From the NCBI GenBank assembly GCA_977017575.1, contig CDRNVI010000030.1:744001-808000 (forward strand): a stretch of DNA of 64,000 nucleotides, written 5' to 3'. This DNA comes from Paramoeba atlantica (lineage: Eukaryota; Protista; Discosea). This document shows positions 62,510-64,000 of this stretch, piece after piece. The notes under the pieces were generated by a model. The model saw nothing but the letters and a program-made list of their open reading frames with translations. It did no database searches and was not told the origin of the DNA. How positions within the stretch are numbered: position 1 is the first letter of the stretch; every line of letters begins with the position of its first letter. Both the position numbers and the translations under genes were made by a program.

Positions 62510-63343
62510 CTAGAGTTTCACATTCTCTGGAACATTCCCTTCTACACGTAGCTCCGCGTTCCTCGAGATATCCAAATGCATTAAGTGTGGGAGATTCAAT
62601 GGAAACACTACACAGCCTACGAAACAATTTTCACCCAGAATCAGTGTTCGCAGAGAAGGAGGCAAGCCACTAAAATCCAAGTTCCCCGAAAAACGGTTTT
62701 TACTAAGAGAGAGCTCTTGCAGTTCAATGGGTAGATGATTCAACTGTATCGGACCGGTGAAAGCATTATTATCCAAGTAAACCCACTGCGCGAATGGTGG
62801 AAGTGTTGAAAGCAACAGTTCATCGGAGAACTCATTCTGTGATGCCTGTATCTCTCTCAAATACCGCGGAAGTCCATTCAGTATCAGTGGCCCGTTTAAT
62901 CTATTGGCGCGTACACTCAATCTTTTCAACCATGGAGGAAGCCCGGCGACGTGCAAGGGTCCCGTAAACAAATTCTCATCCAAGAGAAGACTCTGTAGCA
63001 TCCGTGGGAGACATTCCGTGACAACGGGCCCTTGTAATTTATTTCCGCGTACAGTTTCTGTGCCCAGACTGAGCAACGTGAGTGTCTCAGGCAGGAACCT
63101 CCACTCAGGGACACCGCGAAGACTTCGGCCCTGCCACTGGATTTTGTTTACCTCTTCCTGCTCGTCCAGCGAACAGCTTACACCGTCCCACGAACAGGCA
63201 TGGGTGTGGATCTGCCACGTGGCATGTCGCGGGGTGATATGCTCTAGAAACCGATCCAACTGGTATTGAGGGGGGAGAGTGGCGGTTCGTATTCGGGCTC
63301 GTCGGGTGGGATCCGACGCGAGGGCCGTGTAGGCATGCGGCAT
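62510..63343 (-). CDS. LRR family protein 10
   Basis: RRARIRTATLPPQY, ACSWDGVSC cap, 23-aa LRRs. Confidence 0.9.
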   Translation of the reverse strand: MPHAYTALASDPTRRARIRTATLPPQYQLDRFLEHITPRHATWQIHTHACSWDGVSCSLDEQEEVNKIQWQGRSLRGVPEWRFLPETLTLLSLGTETVRGNKLQGPVVTECLPRMLQSLLLDENLFTGPLHVAGLPPWLKRLSVRANRLNGPLILNGLPRYLREIQASQNEFSDELLLSTLPPFAQWVYLDNNAFTGPIQLNHLPIELQELSLSKNRFSGNLDFSGLPPSLRTLILGENCFVGCVVFPLNLPHLMHLDISRNAELRVEGNVPENVKL

Positions 63344-63696
63344 AATAAGTAAGAAAAACAGTTAAATCTTGCACCATAATTGCTTCGGTTCTACGGAACA
63401 CGAATAAATGCATCGGTTGCATGTTACATTAAATCATTACATAATGTAAAGATTTTTTATTATTCCATAGTTCGTACAGTATCTTTAACTGGATAGGGAT
63501 TCATTAAAATCGATACTGCCCCCCCCGTTTAAGGGCACCTGATGCTTCGCAAAAAGCAAACTTAAGTGGGGAGAGCTTCCCGGGGGCGCTTAAAATTTAG
63601 TACGCGCGGGACAAAGTACTCCCCGTCTAATGTAAAAGGGGAACGCAAAATCAATAAACACATTCATGCAGCATATCTAGGTTCAACTCAGAAGTC

Positions 63697-64000
63697 TCAT
63701 GGAAGTTGCGCGCCCCAATGAATTCCATGAGGCACAGCTCCAGGAGGGGTATATCCCGAAAAATTATTCATTCCAAGGTGAACTCTTAGAAAACGTGGGT
63801 CCAATCGTTTTCCACCCTTACGTTTTACACGGGGCGGTGATGGACCGTACTCGCTAAGATCCCCTGAGTTCCTTACATGCATCCAACTGAAATCCACTGT
63901 ACCATGAAAAAAATTGCGCTGTAGGTCGAGTCGACGCAACTTTTTCGGGAGTCTTTCCGTCAATTCGATATTACCAGTCAAAAAATTAGAAGACAAGTTG
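63697..64000 (-). CDS. LRR family protein 11, C-terminal part (runs off the window)
   Basis: NFLTGNIELTERLPKKLRRLDLQRNFFHGTVDF; stop at 63697. Confidence 0.75.
   Translation of the reverse strand, partial: NLSSNFLTGNIELTERLPKKLRRLDLQRNFFHGTVDFSWMHVRNSGDLSEYGPSPPRVKRKGGKRLDPRFLRVHLGMNNFSGYTPPGAVPHGIHWGAQLP

Noticed and set aside
63052-63063. 12-nt SL-core-like match TACAGTTTCTGT
   Set aside because: Lies antisense within an intact LRR coding sequence; most likely chance
5373-63343. PTS2 glycosomal signal in the LRR N-terminal motif
   Set aside because: The [RK][LVI] pair is present but the required [HQ][LA] at positions 8-9 is not

Overview
Eukaryotic genomic DNA, most likely from a kinetoplastid. 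This is an inference: the window has a JBP1 base-J gene, a KREPB-like editosome gene, and about 30 intronless genes all on the minus strand like one polycistronic unit. A non-trypanosomatid lineage such as a Perkinsela-like prokinetoplastid is plausible but cannot be confirmed here. Recognisable housekeeping genes: RluA-type pseudouridine synthase, PWP1, a katanin/VPS4-type AAA ATPase, BCKDH E1-beta, two DUF1761 paralogues, PIG-T, PIG-L, an actin-related protein, an AP endonuclease, GINS Psf3, RsmI and JBP1. They are interleaved with 11 highly diverged members of one short LRR family (23-aa repeat, shared basic N-terminal motif) and 1-2 probable LRR pseudogenes. Intergenic space at 2-5, 9.6-10.6, 15.6-17.4 and 18.7-25.5 kb holds many cut-and-paste DNA transposon relics: TA-flanked Tc1/mariner/pogo-like elements and hAT-like elements, including a three-level nest with a deleted hAT-like transposase. 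Most striking unexplained signals: (1) six to seven GC-rich islands inside housekeeping genes in which the + strand flips from C/A-rich to G/T-rich at a central point regardless of gene direction; (2) the dispersed, co-oriented LRR family; (3) DNA transposon superfamilies not expected in kinetoplastids; (4) an antisense 78-bp tandem-repeat ORF cut by six in-frame TAA codons; (5) spliced-leader-like relics. Where the supplied ORF track began at a GTG/TTG codon or clearly upstream of the plausible start, CDS starts were moved to the first plausible ATG. Family assignments are from motif recognition, not database searches.
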